This document shows positions 18,335-28,130 of a stretch of DNA of 41,579 bases, in pieces. This DNA comes from Oligoflexales bacterium (GTDB taxonomy: Bacteria > Bdellovibrionota_B > Oligoflexia > Oligoflexales > RGVZ01). Where the stretch lies: contig JBIIGV010000011.1 of assembly GCA_044236265.1 (NCBI GenBank), positions 1 to 41,579 of the forward strand, in the 5' to 3' direction. Position 1 is the stretch's first letter. Every line of letters begins with the position of its first letter. The position numbers were made by a program, and so were the translations under genes. The notes below the pieces were generated by a model. The model was not told the origin of the DNA. It was given only the letters and a program-made list of their open reading frames with translations, and made no database searches.

Positions 18335-20547
18335 CATTGAATCTTAGCATCGCAACTATTAGCCCCGCCGGGTCCACGAACCTTAAAACTGACGTTGGTA
18401 GTTTCCAACGCTTTGCATGGCAGCTCTGGCCAAGACTGAGCCTCATTTAGATGAAAAGCCCGCTCTGATGTCAGTGTGTAGCTAGAGCCTGTCGCTATGA
18501 TTTTGCTGATCCACCATTTCCCCGAGGCCGTCATCCCTAGTAGGTCAGGTTTGCCGTCGCCATCCATATCGAGAGCGGTGACATTCTTCCAATTTATCTG
18601 CGATGACCAAGCTCCCAAAATCTGATCGCTGGTGGATAAACCGAGGGGGGAGCCAAGTTTTATATACCATTTACCGGTGGCTTGGACCCTGCCGATGATA
18701 TCTGCATAACCATCTCCGGTAAAATCAGCGGATAGAATATCAACATAGTTTTGTGATGGACTCCAAGTCCCTGACAGTTGGGTTTTAAACGAAAGCGCTT
18801 TGGGGCGGGCCAGTAGCAAGAACCACGCGCCTTTGATTGCCGAGCGTCCTACGATATCGATTTTGCCATCACCGTTGAAATCCTGGGCGTGAATATTCAT
18901 CCACGGTTTTTTTGCTTCCGGCCAGGTTCCCCAGACTTTCGGAGCCGCGACACTTTGATCAGGGCGTACGAGTGTCACCACCCATTGTCCCAGCTCATTA
19001 AGTTCCGCTTTATCAATGGTCTTGTCTCCGTTGAAGTCTGCATTCAGTTTGGTTGAGTTTGCATTTGGATTAGCCATCGTGAAAATCTTTGAGCTTTCTC
19101 CGTCCCATGCAATGGCCTGTCCTTGAAATTCAAAGTTATCAATTGGTCCCGAGCTCTTATCCCTCTTCAGGGACACCAGACAGCGCTCTGTTTGAGCAAT
19201 TCGCCTGATTTCAATGAGGCATTTTGGGGCGATGACACCTGGGATAGGTGCGCTTTCGCAAGATACTCCTTCGCTAGACGAGCCTTGCAGAGAAGCTGAA
19301 ATGACCGTGGGGGTATTCGATTTACATGTAGCTATCGTTTCCCAGAGGTCAAGTTTCGCAGTCCAAGGGCTAATCAAGGTAGCACTTGTTTTCGGAGTAC
19401 CGATGACTTTATCCCCTGATCCTTTGACCGTCACGCTGCACTTTCCGCCCTCATCAACTCGCGTTGCTGCGATCGAACAATGGGGGCGAGCGTGGCCTGC
19501 ATATTCATAGGGACCAAATCTAAGCTGATATTTAGGATCGGTATCGCCAAAGCCAGAAATGATTCTTTGAATGTCAGCAGCATAATTGGCCGTTCGTGTT
19601 CCTTCGCCTGGGCCGCCCATTGTTACTTGACTCAGTAGATAGGGTGAAATGCCATTTTCATCCCTATAGATGGCAATAGACGGGGATGATGAGTCGCCAG
19701 GAATCATATTTTCATAAAATTTGGCGTAGGTTTTAAGTAGTTCGGAATCTAATGATCCAAAGACTGGATTCCAAAATCTGGCATTCCTGTCACTAAGCTT
19801 CCCGGGAGCTGCCAAAACAAGCAGTGCTTTGGAATCCTGATCTATGCGAAGAACAGGGCATTCAACCACCGGCAGATTTGCGTAAACGAGATCGTCAGGT
19901 TTTACGAGCTTCATCGGCGTGATGCTTCCCGGTAAATCTTGATCAAGTCTAACAACGGTGATGTCAACACCGTAATCGGAGGGGTCATCATTACCGACGT
20001 ATCTTAATCCAGAAACTTTGCGTTCGATCAGGCGATTGTCTGTGGTGAGAAAGCGGACAGTCCCTCCAATCTGAGGGTGATAGCCATAATGCTTTATGTA
20101 AAGAACATGTTTCGGGGTAATGGCCACGCCGCGCGGTCCATTGAATATGTGCGTGACTGCAGCGAGATTAAGGCCATGTATCCAGCTCGAAGTAAGGTGT
20201 TTTGAGGTGTCGCGCCAGACTTTTGATGTTTCAGGATTGGCCTGCGCCAGTCTTTGAGTGATTTCAGAAGAACAGCGCTCATACCAAGTGGTGTTTGCTG
20301 ATGTAGATGAAGCCGAGAGATTCATCTTATCAGTGGCGATGGAATCCTTCTGCTCGGCTTCAGACGGGCTCTTCATCGTTGGCGGAAAGGTATGATGATC
20401 TACACAGCCAACTTCGGGTCGATCCTTGCATAAATATTTTCCTTCGTTATGCGGCTGAGCATCGGTTTTTGTCGAGCTCGACCTCGATCCTGACTGCTTA
20501 CATGACGCAAGGACACTGATAAAAATAAAAATAATTTTAAATTTCAT
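18334..20547 (-). CDS. Lipoprotein: trypsin-like serine protease, Cys-bonded repeats and FG-GAP/VCBS repeats
   Basis: Lipobox LAS-C after ATG 20547. Triad motifs ITPKHVLYIKH, DITVVRL and PGDSSSP. Repeats DFNGDKTID, DFNGDGKIDIVGR, DFTGDGYADIIGR and DMDGDGKPDLLG. Confidence 0.8.
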   Translation of the reverse strand: MKFKIIFIFISVLASCKQSGSRSSSTKTDAQPHNEGKYLCKDRPEVGCVDHHTFPPTMKSPSEAEQKDSIATDKMNLSASSTSANTTWYERCSSEITQRLAQANPETSKVWRDTSKHLTSSWIHGLNLAAVTHIFNGPRGVAITPKHVLYIKHYGYHPQIGGTVRFLTTDNRLIERKVSGLRYVGNDDPSDYGVDITVVRLDQDLPGSITPMKLVKPDDLVYANLPVVECPVLRIDQDSKALLVLAAPGKLSDRNARFWNPVFGSLDSELLKTYAKFYENMIPGDSSSPSIAIYRDENGISPYLLSQVTMGGPGEGTRTANYAADIQRIISGFGDTDPKYQLRFGPYEYAGHARPHCSIAATRVDEGGKCSVTVKGSGDKVIGTPKTSATLISPWTAKLDLWETIATCKSNTPTVISASLQGSSSEGVSCESAPIPGVIAPKCLIEIRRIAQTERCLVSLKRDKSSGPIDNFEFQGQAIAWDGESSKIFTMANPNANSTKLNADFNGDKTIDKAELNELGQWVVTLVRPDQSVAAPKVWGTWPEAKKPWMNIHAQDFNGDGKIDIVGRSAIKGAWFLLLARPKALSFKTQLSGTWSPSQNYVDILSADFTGDGYADIIGRVQATGKWYIKLGSPLGLSTSDQILGAWSSQINWKNVTALDMDGDGKPDLLGMTASGKWWISKIIATGSSYTLTSERAFHLNEAQSWPELPCKALETTNVSFKVRGPGGANSCDAKIQ

Positions 20548-20727
20548 GTGATTCGTCCTGCAGAATCCTGTCCAACTTAATCTGAGCTGATTATGTTGGT
20601 TTTGGCTCCGGTTGGCGATTTCCAAGCCATTTGATTGGCGTTAGAATTTTAGCATGGCACAGGGAAATAGGGTAAAATAAAGGCGTGGATTCTGTTTTTT
20701 TGTGCTCATTTCAAAGGAAATTTTTAG

Positions 20728-21228
20728 GTGCGATCCAAGCTTCTAGTTGTATTTAGGCAGATATTAATTTTTAGCGCTGTGGTGCTTTTGGTGGGGCAGT
20801 GGCAATCGAGAAATTTGCCAACCGGTCTATCCCCTCAAGTTAAAGCTCAAGACTTGTCAGGAAATGCGGTTAATTTCCCCAATAAAGGTGTGGTCTCCAT
20901 CGTCTACTTTTTTGCTCCGTGGTGCGGCGTCTGCAGAGTTAGTATGCCGAACCTAAAAGCTCTCAAAGAGTATTTTCCTGAAATTGATATAACTGCGGTG
21001 GCCTTCGATTTCGAATCACCGGATGAGGTTCGGGTATTTAAAAGCGAGGTGGGCGTAAATCTTCCCATTTTGCTTGGAGAAGAGACGGCACGACGCCTTT
21101 GGAAGGTGTCTGCTTATCCAACCTATATCGTTGTAGATAAAGGAGGAGTTATTCGCGGTGCGTCAGTCGGATACTCCTCCCAGATGGGGATGATCATTAG
21201 GCTGCTATGGGCAAAAATTTTATCCTAA
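20728..21228 (+). CDS. TlpA-like membrane-anchored thioredoxin/disulfide reductase
   Basis: N-terminal TM, FFAPWCGVC and AYPT. Confidence 0.88.
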   Translation: MRSKLLVVFRQILIFSAVVLLVGQWQSRNLPTGLSPQVKAQDLSGNAVNFPNKGVVSIVYFFAPWCGVCRVSMPNLKALKEYFPEIDITAVAFDFESPDEVRVFKSEVGVNLPILLGEETARRLWKVSAYPTYIVVDKGGVIRGASVGYSSQMGMIIRLLWAKILS

Positions 21229-21237
21229 GAAGGTTTC

Positions 21238-22503
21238 ATGGACGCAACAGAGCAATTCGTCGAGTTTGACAAAACGTTGGTTGCTGCAGCCAAGGGTATC
21301 AAGGTGCTAAGTGCTCTTGGTTGGGGTGAGCAGACAGCTCATGATTTTCTACATGGGTGGCGAAACGGAAATGTTCAGCTACCGCAGGTTGAGTATCCAA
21401 AGTTTGACTATAGTGAGCAAAAGCAAATTTTAAAAACGATCATCGACCGCGCAAGTAGTGATCATCCGGTCGGCGTGTATTTGGCTGAGACTGCTCACAG
21501 TTATTACGTTGCTGCGCAGATGCTTGAAGGACTTGGGACGGCTGCATTTCGAGAGTGCAGCGAGGCTTTGTACGGCAGGCCAGACGAGTCTTTGGGAACA
21601 CTCTCAAATCTGGAACTTGCAGATGACTTTATCCGGATCACAAATGACTTTGCTGCTGTCATAGATTTTAATGACGATATGGGAGTGTTGCCTAGCACTG
21701 AGACGGCTAAGAAGATTAAGTCTAGAGCTGATGATTTCTTCCAAGATTACAAAATCAAAGTGCTGGTGGACGAGGAATTAACAAGTAAGGCAGCCGCTGG
21801 AAGTGAGCGCGTTCGCGTTCGTGGCAATTCCACCTTCACTTTGGCAGAAATTGAGCAACTTATTCAGCATGAGGTTTTTGTCCATTCGGCCACGATGCTC
21901 AACGGAAGACGCCAGCCCTGGCTCAAATCTCTGGGTCTAGGTGCGCCGCGCACGACGGCCACTCAGGAAGGATTAGCTACGTTTGCGGAGCTTATCACCG
22001 GGACGATGGATTTAGGCAGGCTTCGTCGTATCGCTTTGCGCATTAAAGGTATTCAGTATGCTTTGGATGGCGCGGACTTCCTGGAAACATTTAAATTTTT
22101 CTTGAATGCAGGGCAGTCGGAGCTGGAGAGTTTTCAGTCTGCAGCCCGCATTTTCCGAGGCGGTGATATTAAGGGGCGGCAAGTCTTTACCAAGGATGGT
22201 GTTTATTTGCGAGGTCTCATATCGGTACATACGTTCTTGAGGAAGGCCATTCAGGAGCGAAAAATTGATTATCCACAGAGGCTATTTGCTGGACGACTGA
22301 CGATCAGTGATGTTGTGAAGATGGACGGTTCCTTTGAAGACGGCTGGATTACCCCAGCGCGTTATCTTCCGGCGTGGGTTTCGAACCGGCAAGGTTTGGC
22401 AACCTATCTTTGCTATAATGCGTTCTCGCATCGTCTAAAGCTTGAAGAAATTCGCCTTGAGGATTTTGCACAAGGTATGCGTGACTTGTCGGCGGTAGAT
22501 TAG
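21238..22503 (+). CDS. QEGLA-motif protein (DUF1704/MATCAP-like metallopeptidase)
   Basis: HEVFVH, TTATQEGLA and FTKDGVYLRG. Confidence 0.9.
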   Translation: MDATEQFVEFDKTLVAAAKGIKVLSALGWGEQTAHDFLHGWRNGNVQLPQVEYPKFDYSEQKQILKTIIDRASSDHPVGVYLAETAHSYYVAAQMLEGLGTAAFRECSEALYGRPDESLGTLSNLELADDFIRITNDFAAVIDFNDDMGVLPSTETAKKIKSRADDFFQDYKIKVLVDEELTSKAAAGSERVRVRGNSTFTLAEIEQLIQHEVFVHSATMLNGRRQPWLKSLGLGAPRTTATQEGLATFAELITGTMDLGRLRRIALRIKGIQYALDGADFLETFKFFLNAGQSELESFQSAARIFRGGDIKGRQVFTKDGVYLRGLISVHTFLRKAIQERKIDYPQRLFAGRLTISDVVKMDGSFEDGWITPARYLPAWVSNRQGLATYLCYNAFSHRLKLEEIRLEDFAQGMRDLSAVD

Positions 22504-22516
22504 AGGTAGCGGAATT

Positions 22517-23794
22517 ATGCAAAAATCAACTCAACACGTGGTTGTCATTGGCGCTGGATTTGGTGGTATGGCCGCAGTAAAGAGATTGATCGCCAAAAGA
22601 ACCTCCAACATGAAAATCACGCTCATTGATCAGAAAAATCATCACCTTTTTCAACCGTTACTCTATCAAGTGGCAACCGCTGGTTTAAGTCCAGCCGAGA
22701 TTGCTGCGCCGATAAGAAGCGTGATCCATGCTGGTAGTGATCAAGTCAACGTTTTGATGGATAGGGTACTTGACGTGAATACTAAAGAGCAGGTCATCAC
22801 CCTAAAATCCTCGGCGCCCGTTCGCTATGACGTTTTGCTGGTTGCAGCAGGCGCAACGCACAGTTATTTCGGGCATGATAATTGGGAGGAGTTCGCCCCA
22901 GGGCTAAAAACTCTCGAACATGCCACTGAAATTAGACGAAGAATATTGCAGGCATTTGAAACGGCCGAGTCGACCGATGATCAGGAACTTCGGAGAGCGC
23001 TGCTCACTTTTGTCATTGTCGGCGGAGGGCCTACAGGGGTCGAGTTGGCCGGTTCGATCGCTGAGATTAGTCGGCAGAGTCTTGCTGAAGACTTTAATCG
23101 TATTGATCCTTCTAGTACGCGGATCATTTTGATTGAGGCTGGTGACCGCATTCTATGCTCATTGAGCGAATCTCTTTCAAGGCGGGCTGCAAGAGATCTC
23201 GAGAAATTAGGGGTGACTGTCTGGACTTCGATGCGGGTGACTGACATTTCAGCTGAGGGTGTCAAACTTGGTGGCGAGCAAGTAAGAGCAAAGACCGTAC
23301 TCTGGGCCGCCGGAGTTAAGCCCTCGCCTATAGCGGCTATGCTGAACGGAGAGACAGATAAATCAGGAAGAGTTTTTATCGATGAATTTTTACGCGTGAA
23401 AGGCTCGTCTAATATTTTTGCGATCGGTGACAACGCTCATTTTGAAGATCCAAAGTATGGAGTGCTTCCAGGGCTTGCGCCGGTCGCAAACCAACAAGGA
23501 CGGCTGGTCGCCGATAATATTGTAGCCCTTCTCAACGGTAAGACAATGAAGTCGTTTCGATACATGGACAAAGGAGAGATGGCTACCATTGGACGCAGAC
23601 GCGCCGTGGGCTCATTTAAGGGATTGCAATTCACAGGTCTGGTTGCGTGGCTCGTATGGATGGTCGTTCATATCTACTATCTCGTTGGATTTAGAAACAA
23701 ATTATTCGTTTTTTTACAGTGGATTAGTAGCTATGTGTTTTTTAAACGTGGCGCCCGGATTATTACATCTCGCAACTGGCGTGGTGATGAGTAA
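22517..23794 (+). CDS. ndh: Type II NADH dehydrogenase (FAD-dependent)
   Basis: GAGFGG, HLFQPLLYQVATAGL, VGGGPTGVELAG and YMDKGEMATIGR. Confidence 0.92.
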   Translation: MQKSTQHVVVIGAGFGGMAAVKRLIAKRTSNMKITLIDQKNHHLFQPLLYQVATAGLSPAEIAAPIRSVIHAGSDQVNVLMDRVLDVNTKEQVITLKSSAPVRYDVLLVAAGATHSYFGHDNWEEFAPGLKTLEHATEIRRRILQAFETAESTDDQELRRALLTFVIVGGGPTGVELAGSIAEISRQSLAEDFNRIDPSSTRIILIEAGDRILCSLSESLSRRAARDLEKLGVTVWTSMRVTDISAEGVKLGGEQVRAKTVLWAAGVKPSPIAAMLNGETDKSGRVFIDEFLRVKGSSNIFAIGDNAHFEDPKYGVLPGLAPVANQQGRLVADNIVALLNGKTMKSFRYMDKGEMATIGRRRAVGSFKGLQFTGLVAWLVWMVVHIYYLVGFRNKLFVFLQWISSYVFFKRGARIITSRNWRGDE

Positions 23795-23861
23795 ATGGGG
23801 ACATCCGACAGCATCCTAATTTGCTAGAAATGAATTTACTTTTGGTCGCGTGTCCTCACAC

Positions 23862-23888
23862 TAAAAACTAAGTTGAATATGCCGATAA
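23862..23888 (+). promoter_or_regulatory. Putative sigma28 (FliA) promoter
   Basis: Exact TAAA-N15-GCCGATAA (23862-23865, 23881-23888) in intergenic DNA about 80 bp upstream of the 23969 gene. Confidence 0.7.
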
Positions 23889-23968
23889 AAGTCCATACTT
23901 ATCAGGCACTTGAGAGTCATCTTTAAAATCAACGCCTTCTTTTCCGACCCCTTGACATAAGGAGGGAG

Positions 23969-24427
23969 GTGATGAAGCTTGCGCCCTTACTTTTTATTGT
24001 GTTCACGGCAGTCGTGCCAGTAGGCAATGTCTGGGGGCAAAACTCCACCCTTGGCAATGGCAACGTCATACAGGATCTCAGATCCTTTTTGTTTGATCCA
24101 GCTGCACGAAGAGATTTTGCAAAGGGGAATCAGGACGCGAGCGCTGTTAATAACTATCTTGAGGCATTTCCCAAATGGGCTCAAAATGAACTTTTAGAGA
24201 TTGTGATGATGATTGCTTCAGAGTCGATGTTGGACTCGTCAAAGCATGTTGCCGCCTACCAGCAGGGTGGCGTTGAAGGTGCAAAAGCTTCATTTTCTCC
24301 TGCGGTACGTGCTAGATCGGATCAACTGTTCCAAAAACTTATGAACGATCCATCCTTTAATACGCCGGAAAATTTGCAAAGGCTCAACAAGCTGATGCCT
24401 GTGATCAGAGGCAGCAAGATAAATTGA
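23969..24427 (+). CDS. Hypothetical secreted helical protein
   Basis: Strong SD AAGGAGG and a signal-peptide-like N-terminus (MKLAPLLFIVFTAVV..VWG). Confidence 0.7.
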   Translation: MMKLAPLLFIVFTAVVPVGNVWGQNSTLGNGNVIQDLRSFLFDPAARRDFAKGNQDASAVNNYLEAFPKWAQNELLEIVMMIASESMLDSSKHVAAYQQGGVEGAKASFSPAVRARSDQLFQKLMNDPSFNTPENLQRLNKLMPVIRGSKIN

Positions 24428-24437
24428 AATTATTTAG

Positions 24438-24481
24438 ATTGGTACTATCCGATCAACATCAATTGGTCGGATGGTACCAAT
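24438..24481. terminator. Long hairpin between convergent genes (probable terminator)
   Basis: 19-bp arms attggtactatccgatcaa/ttggtcggatggtaccaat: 17 Watson-Crick pairs plus 2 G-U pairs on the + strand. Confidence 0.65.
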
Positions 24482-24484
24482 TTG

Positions 24485-24898
24485 TTAGATTGCGCATTGG
24501 TAAACGGAGTCTACGGCGTCTTTTGATTCTCTTAGCCTAGCCGAATAGGTGTCATTGTGCTTTTCGGAGAGGTCAATGGCGAAGGTTAGGTCTTTAGAGG
24601 TGTAGGTCTTTCGTGCGTCTGCATTTGCGCGGTTTTCTACAACCAAGTTGGCCGTCTTGGAATGCTGAGTCTCACTACCACTATCAAATGTTAGCAGCCC
24701 CTTTAGATCGACCGTATCTTCCTGAACAATAATGTTGTTATAACGAGCAGAAGCACTTTCACTGACACAGGTTGCAAATAGCTTCATGCGAGCTGATGAC
24801 GAGTCGGAAAGTGTATCGGAGCCGTCACGGCGCATGCGACAGGATGCGAAGCTTGAAGCGGCAATCACGACAAATAAAATCCCACTCTTGAATCGCAT
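24485..24898 (-). CDS. Hypothetical lipoprotein
   Basis: SD AAGGGAGG before ATG 24898 and lipobox FAS-C. Lies directly downstream of ychF. Confidence 0.7.
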   Translation of the reverse strand: MRFKSGILFVVIAASSFASCRMRRDGSDTLSDSSSARMKLFATCVSESASARYNNIIVQEDTVDLKGLLTFDSGSETQHSKTANLVVENRANADARKTYTSKDLTFAIDLSEKHNDTYSARLRESKDAVDSVYQCAI

Positions 24899-24916
24899 AC
24901 GAGCCTCCCTTGGCAT

Positions 24917-26035
24917 CTAGACGTTGAACCTGAACTCCATGACGTCACCGTCTTTGACAGTGTACTCACGTCCTTCTGTTCGGATCAACCCTAATTCCTT
25001 GAGTTTGACCTTACTGCCAGCTTTTACAAGGTCTTCGATCGCATACACCTCTGCACAGATAAATCCACGTTCAAAGTCAGAGTGGATTTTTCCTGCTGCT
25101 TGTGGAGCCTTATCCCCGCGGTTGATAGTCCAAGCGTGGACCTCTTTTTCACCGGCTGTGAAATAAGTTTGTAGACGAAGCGTCTCGTAACCAGCGCGAA
25201 TCAAACGGTTAAGACCTGGCTCGGAAACGCCCAAGGATTCAAGCATCTCTTTACGTGAGTCTGCGTCCAACTGAATTAACTCCTCTTCGATTTTGCCGCT
25301 GATGATAACGGTCTGGGCGTGTTCAGCCTTGGCGCGCTCTTTGACGGTAAGGGTATACTTGTTATCTTTTGTTCCGTCACACATCGATTCTTCAACGTTG
25401 CAGACGTAGAGAATGGGTTTAGCCGTAATCAAGTGGAGATCTCTCCACGCATCATGGACTTCAAGGACTTCACCTACAAAGTCATGATAATTGAATGTGC
25501 GTGCTGGTTTTAGGCCCTGAAGATGGTTGTTTAAGCCCTCGAGCATCGCGACGATAGCGCCGAATTTTTTATTGCCGCTTTTGTTAAGCTTACGATTTCT
25601 GTCGAGAGCCACTTCAACCGTGGCAACGTCAGCGTAAATTAACTCAGTATCAATCGTTTCAATATCGCGGATGGGATTAACAGAACCATCGACGTGTACG
25701 ATGTCACCATCGTCAAAACATCGCACCACATGGGCAATGGCGTCCGTGCTGCGAATGTGTCCAAGAAACTGATTGCCGAGTCCTTCGCCTTTGGAAGCGC
25801 CTCGCACGAGCCCAGCGATGTCCACAAACTCCATAAACGTAGGAACAATCCTTTGAGTTTTAATGATTCCAGAGATTGTATCCAGCCGTTTGTCGGGAAC
25901 ATCCACCCGCCCCACGTTAGGATCAATCGTACAAAAAGGATAGTTGGCAGATGCCGCGCCCGCGGCTGTCACTGCGTTAAAAATGGTTGATTTCCCTACG
26001 TTCGGTAATCCGACAATTCCACACTTAAAACCCAT
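24917..26035 (-). CDS. ychF: Redox-regulated ATPase YchF
   Basis: [43 protein letters not shown] and C-terminal FRFNV. Confidence 0.98.
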   Translation of the reverse strand: MGFKCGIVGLPNVGKSTIFNAVTAAGAASANYPFCTIDPNVGRVDVPDKRLDTISGIIKTQRIVPTFMEFVDIAGLVRGASKGEGLGNQFLGHIRSTDAIAHVVRCFDDGDIVHVDGSVNPIRDIETIDTELIYADVATVEVALDRNRKLNKSGNKKFGAIVAMLEGLNNHLQGLKPARTFNYHDFVGEVLEVHDAWRDLHLITAKPILYVCNVEESMCDGTKDNKYTLTVKERAKAEHAQTVIISGKIEEELIQLDADSRKEMLESLGVSEPGLNRLIRAGYETLRLQTYFTAGEKEVHAWTINRGDKAPQAAGKIHSDFERGFICAEVYAIEDLVKAGSKVKLKELGLIRTEGREYTVKDGDVMEFRFNV

Positions 26036-26054
26036 ATTAAACCTCGGTTCAATG

Positions 26055-26546
26055 TTAGCGACGCATGTTTATGAATTGGAGGGGAAACTTGAGTTCCTTG
26101 CCGCGCAGCATCGCCATGACCGCCTGCAATTCGTCAATGCTCTTACTTGTTACTCGCAGCTGATCACCTTGAACTTCCGAGGTGACTTTAAGCTTCGAGT
26201 CTTTGAGTAGTTTTGTGATTTCTTTGATCTCCTCTTTTTCCATTGCTGCTTTTAAATCGACGAATTGACGCAGCATGTTGCCAGAGGCAGCTTCTTCGGG
26301 ATTAAACTTAAGGCCGCGCAGGTCAATGTTTCGCTTAGCCATTTTCTGTTGCATCACCTGGTGGATAGCCCGCAATTTCATATCGTCATCAGCCATGATT
26401 TTAATCTTCTTGGCTGTCTTATCGAGTTCAATAGACGATTTGCCACCACGAAAATCAAAGCGCTGCTCTATCTCTTTGGCGGTCTGATTGATGGCGTTTT
26501 CGACCTCCATGATGTCCAGTTCACTAACGATGTCAAAGGATGGCAT
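26055..26546 (-). CDS. yajQ: YajQ family nucleotide (c-di-GMP)-binding protein
   Basis: MPSFDIVS, RFDFRG, QGDQLRVT and LQFINMR. Confidence 0.95.
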   Translation of the reverse strand: MPSFDIVSELDIMEVENAINQTAKEIEQRFDFRGGKSSIELDKTAKKIKIMADDDMKLRAIHQVMQQKMAKRNIDLRGLKFNPEEAASGNMLRQFVDLKAAMEKEEIKEITKLLKDSKLKVTSEVQGDQLRVTSKSIDELQAVMAMLRGKELKFPLQFINMRR

Positions 26547-26643
26547 GTTCAACTCCCTCTGATTGGGTCAGAGCTCAAAGAAAGCTCCTGATATTTGTGA
26601 CAAATTGTTGCGGTCCCAATGGTCATTCCCGTACACTGGAAGC

Positions 26644-27768
26644 ATGGTAAACGCAATCAAAAGATCAACATATTCAGCGCCTATCGGCTATCTGTTTTTG
26701 GCGTCCCTCTTGGCCTTGCCGGCAATACCAGTCGGCGCCCAGCCGGCCCTTGCTCCAATTCCAGTCAAGGATCAACAAAAGTCCAACCAAAACTATCAGG
26801 ATTGCGTCAAATCAGCAGCTGCTGCAGTAAAAAGTGGCAAGCTAAAGACCCAGGAGTTATCTGGCGCTATCGCTAAATGTGGGGACAAGTTCCCGGCGGC
26901 GGCGCTTTTCAATGACTGTAAACGCAACGTCCTAAAAAATGCCAAAGGCAAAGATATCTCGGCCCTGGACTTCTCGGAGTGCAAGAGGTTGCAGGCCGCA
27001 GTCGAGTTTAATCCACAGGCCGCAGTCCCCGTTTTTGTGGCTCAGGGTAGCGCCTTTTTTGCTGGCATAGGTTTAAACAGGGACTTACCAATGAATGAAC
27101 TGCAGCCGCCAAACTTCACCTGTGAAAGGTTTTTAGCGGCTGCCCAGGATATTCCAAACAAGGCACATCACATCCTTTTTGGGAATAACGCCAGGGTTTT
27201 TGCCGCTGGACCGGACCAAGCGAAGTTTCTGCAGGCTCTCAAAGCAAAAGCAGGTAAGCCCTCAAAAGGTCAAAAATTTAATGATATTGTTGGTTTTGGG
27301 CGAGTCTTCGGCGATCCTTTGACGGATCCCTCCATGGTTTATTTCCCGTCTGCATCGTGTGACTTTCGCGGGGTCACGGGACAGATACTTTCGGGCCTCA
27401 GTGTCTACTATCTGCCCGATAATGAGGCAAAGATGGCGACCCCTTATTTTGGGATCGCGTATTACAAGCAAAACCAAAAAACGGTCAAAACTCCGGAGCT
27501 GGTCGCTGAGCTCTCCGCAAAGCTCGGCCCAGAATTTAAGGCTTATAGTAAGGATACGACCACCATTTTCATCTCGGCGGTCCCCTTTCAGGAGGTGGAT
27601 CGTGAGCGAGATCCCCGCAATATCTGTAAAGTTCCGCGGCAGCACCAGTTTGTGGCTGTCATTCGGACCCTAGCTACTAATACCAATGCCCCTGAGTATT
27701 TATTGCTGGCAAATGTCCGTAATATGTGCGATTACGGTGATCGGTTGGCCCGCAAAATGGGCCGCTAA
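26644..27768 (+). CDS. Hypothetical secreted Cys-containing protein
   Basis: Long ORF with a signal-like segment YLFLASLLALPAIPVGA and 8 Cys in the mature part. Start is 26644 or 26563. Confidence 0.7.
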   Translation: MVNAIKRSTYSAPIGYLFLASLLALPAIPVGAQPALAPIPVKDQQKSNQNYQDCVKSAAAAVKSGKLKTQELSGAIAKCGDKFPAAALFNDCKRNVLKNAKGKDISALDFSECKRLQAAVEFNPQAAVPVFVAQGSAFFAGIGLNRDLPMNELQPPNFTCERFLAAAQDIPNKAHHILFGNNARVFAAGPDQAKFLQALKAKAGKPSKGQKFNDIVGFGRVFGDPLTDPSMVYFPSASCDFRGVTGQILSGLSVYYLPDNEAKMATPYFGIAYYKQNQKTVKTPELVAELSAKLGPEFKAYSKDTTTIFISAVPFQEVDRERDPRNICKVPRQHQFVAVIRTLATNTNAPEYLLLANVRNMCDYGDRLARKMGR

Positions 27769-27795
27769 TAAAGACTGAAGGGCAGGTGATTTTTA

Positions 27796-27987
27796 ATGCC
27801 AGGTATTCGTCTCCGTGAAGGAGAGGCCTTTGAAGGAGCGCTTCGTCGCTTCAAGAAGCAGTGTGAAAAGGGTGGCGTTCTTAGCGATGTTCGCAAGCGT
27901 GAACATTATGAAAAGCCCTCAGTTCGCCTCAAGAAGAAATCTGTAGCAGCTCGTAAGCGTGCAGCTAAGAAAAACCGCAAATTCTAA
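27796..27987 (+). CDS. rpsU: 30S ribosomal protein S21
   Basis: [21 protein letters not shown]. Confidence 0.98.
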   Translation: MPGIRLREGEAFEGALRRFKKQCEKGGVLSDVRKREHYEKPSVRLKKKSVAARKRAAKKNRKF

Positions 27988-28036
27988 GCCATTGAAATGG
28001 CTTGAATTGGCGTGAGTCAAACTGTGAAAAGTTTAG

Positions 28037-28074
28037 GAATCCCGCTGTCAGTCAGTGACAGCGGGTTCTTTTTT
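28037..28074 (+). terminator. Intrinsic terminator/attenuator between rpsU and dnaG
   Basis: Stem cccgctgtca/tgacagcggg followed by a T-run. Confidence 0.85.
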
Positions 28075-28130
28075 GTGCTTTATTTCTCGCACGAGTAATT
28101 CCGCAGCTCACTTATTCAAGGTATCGGCGC

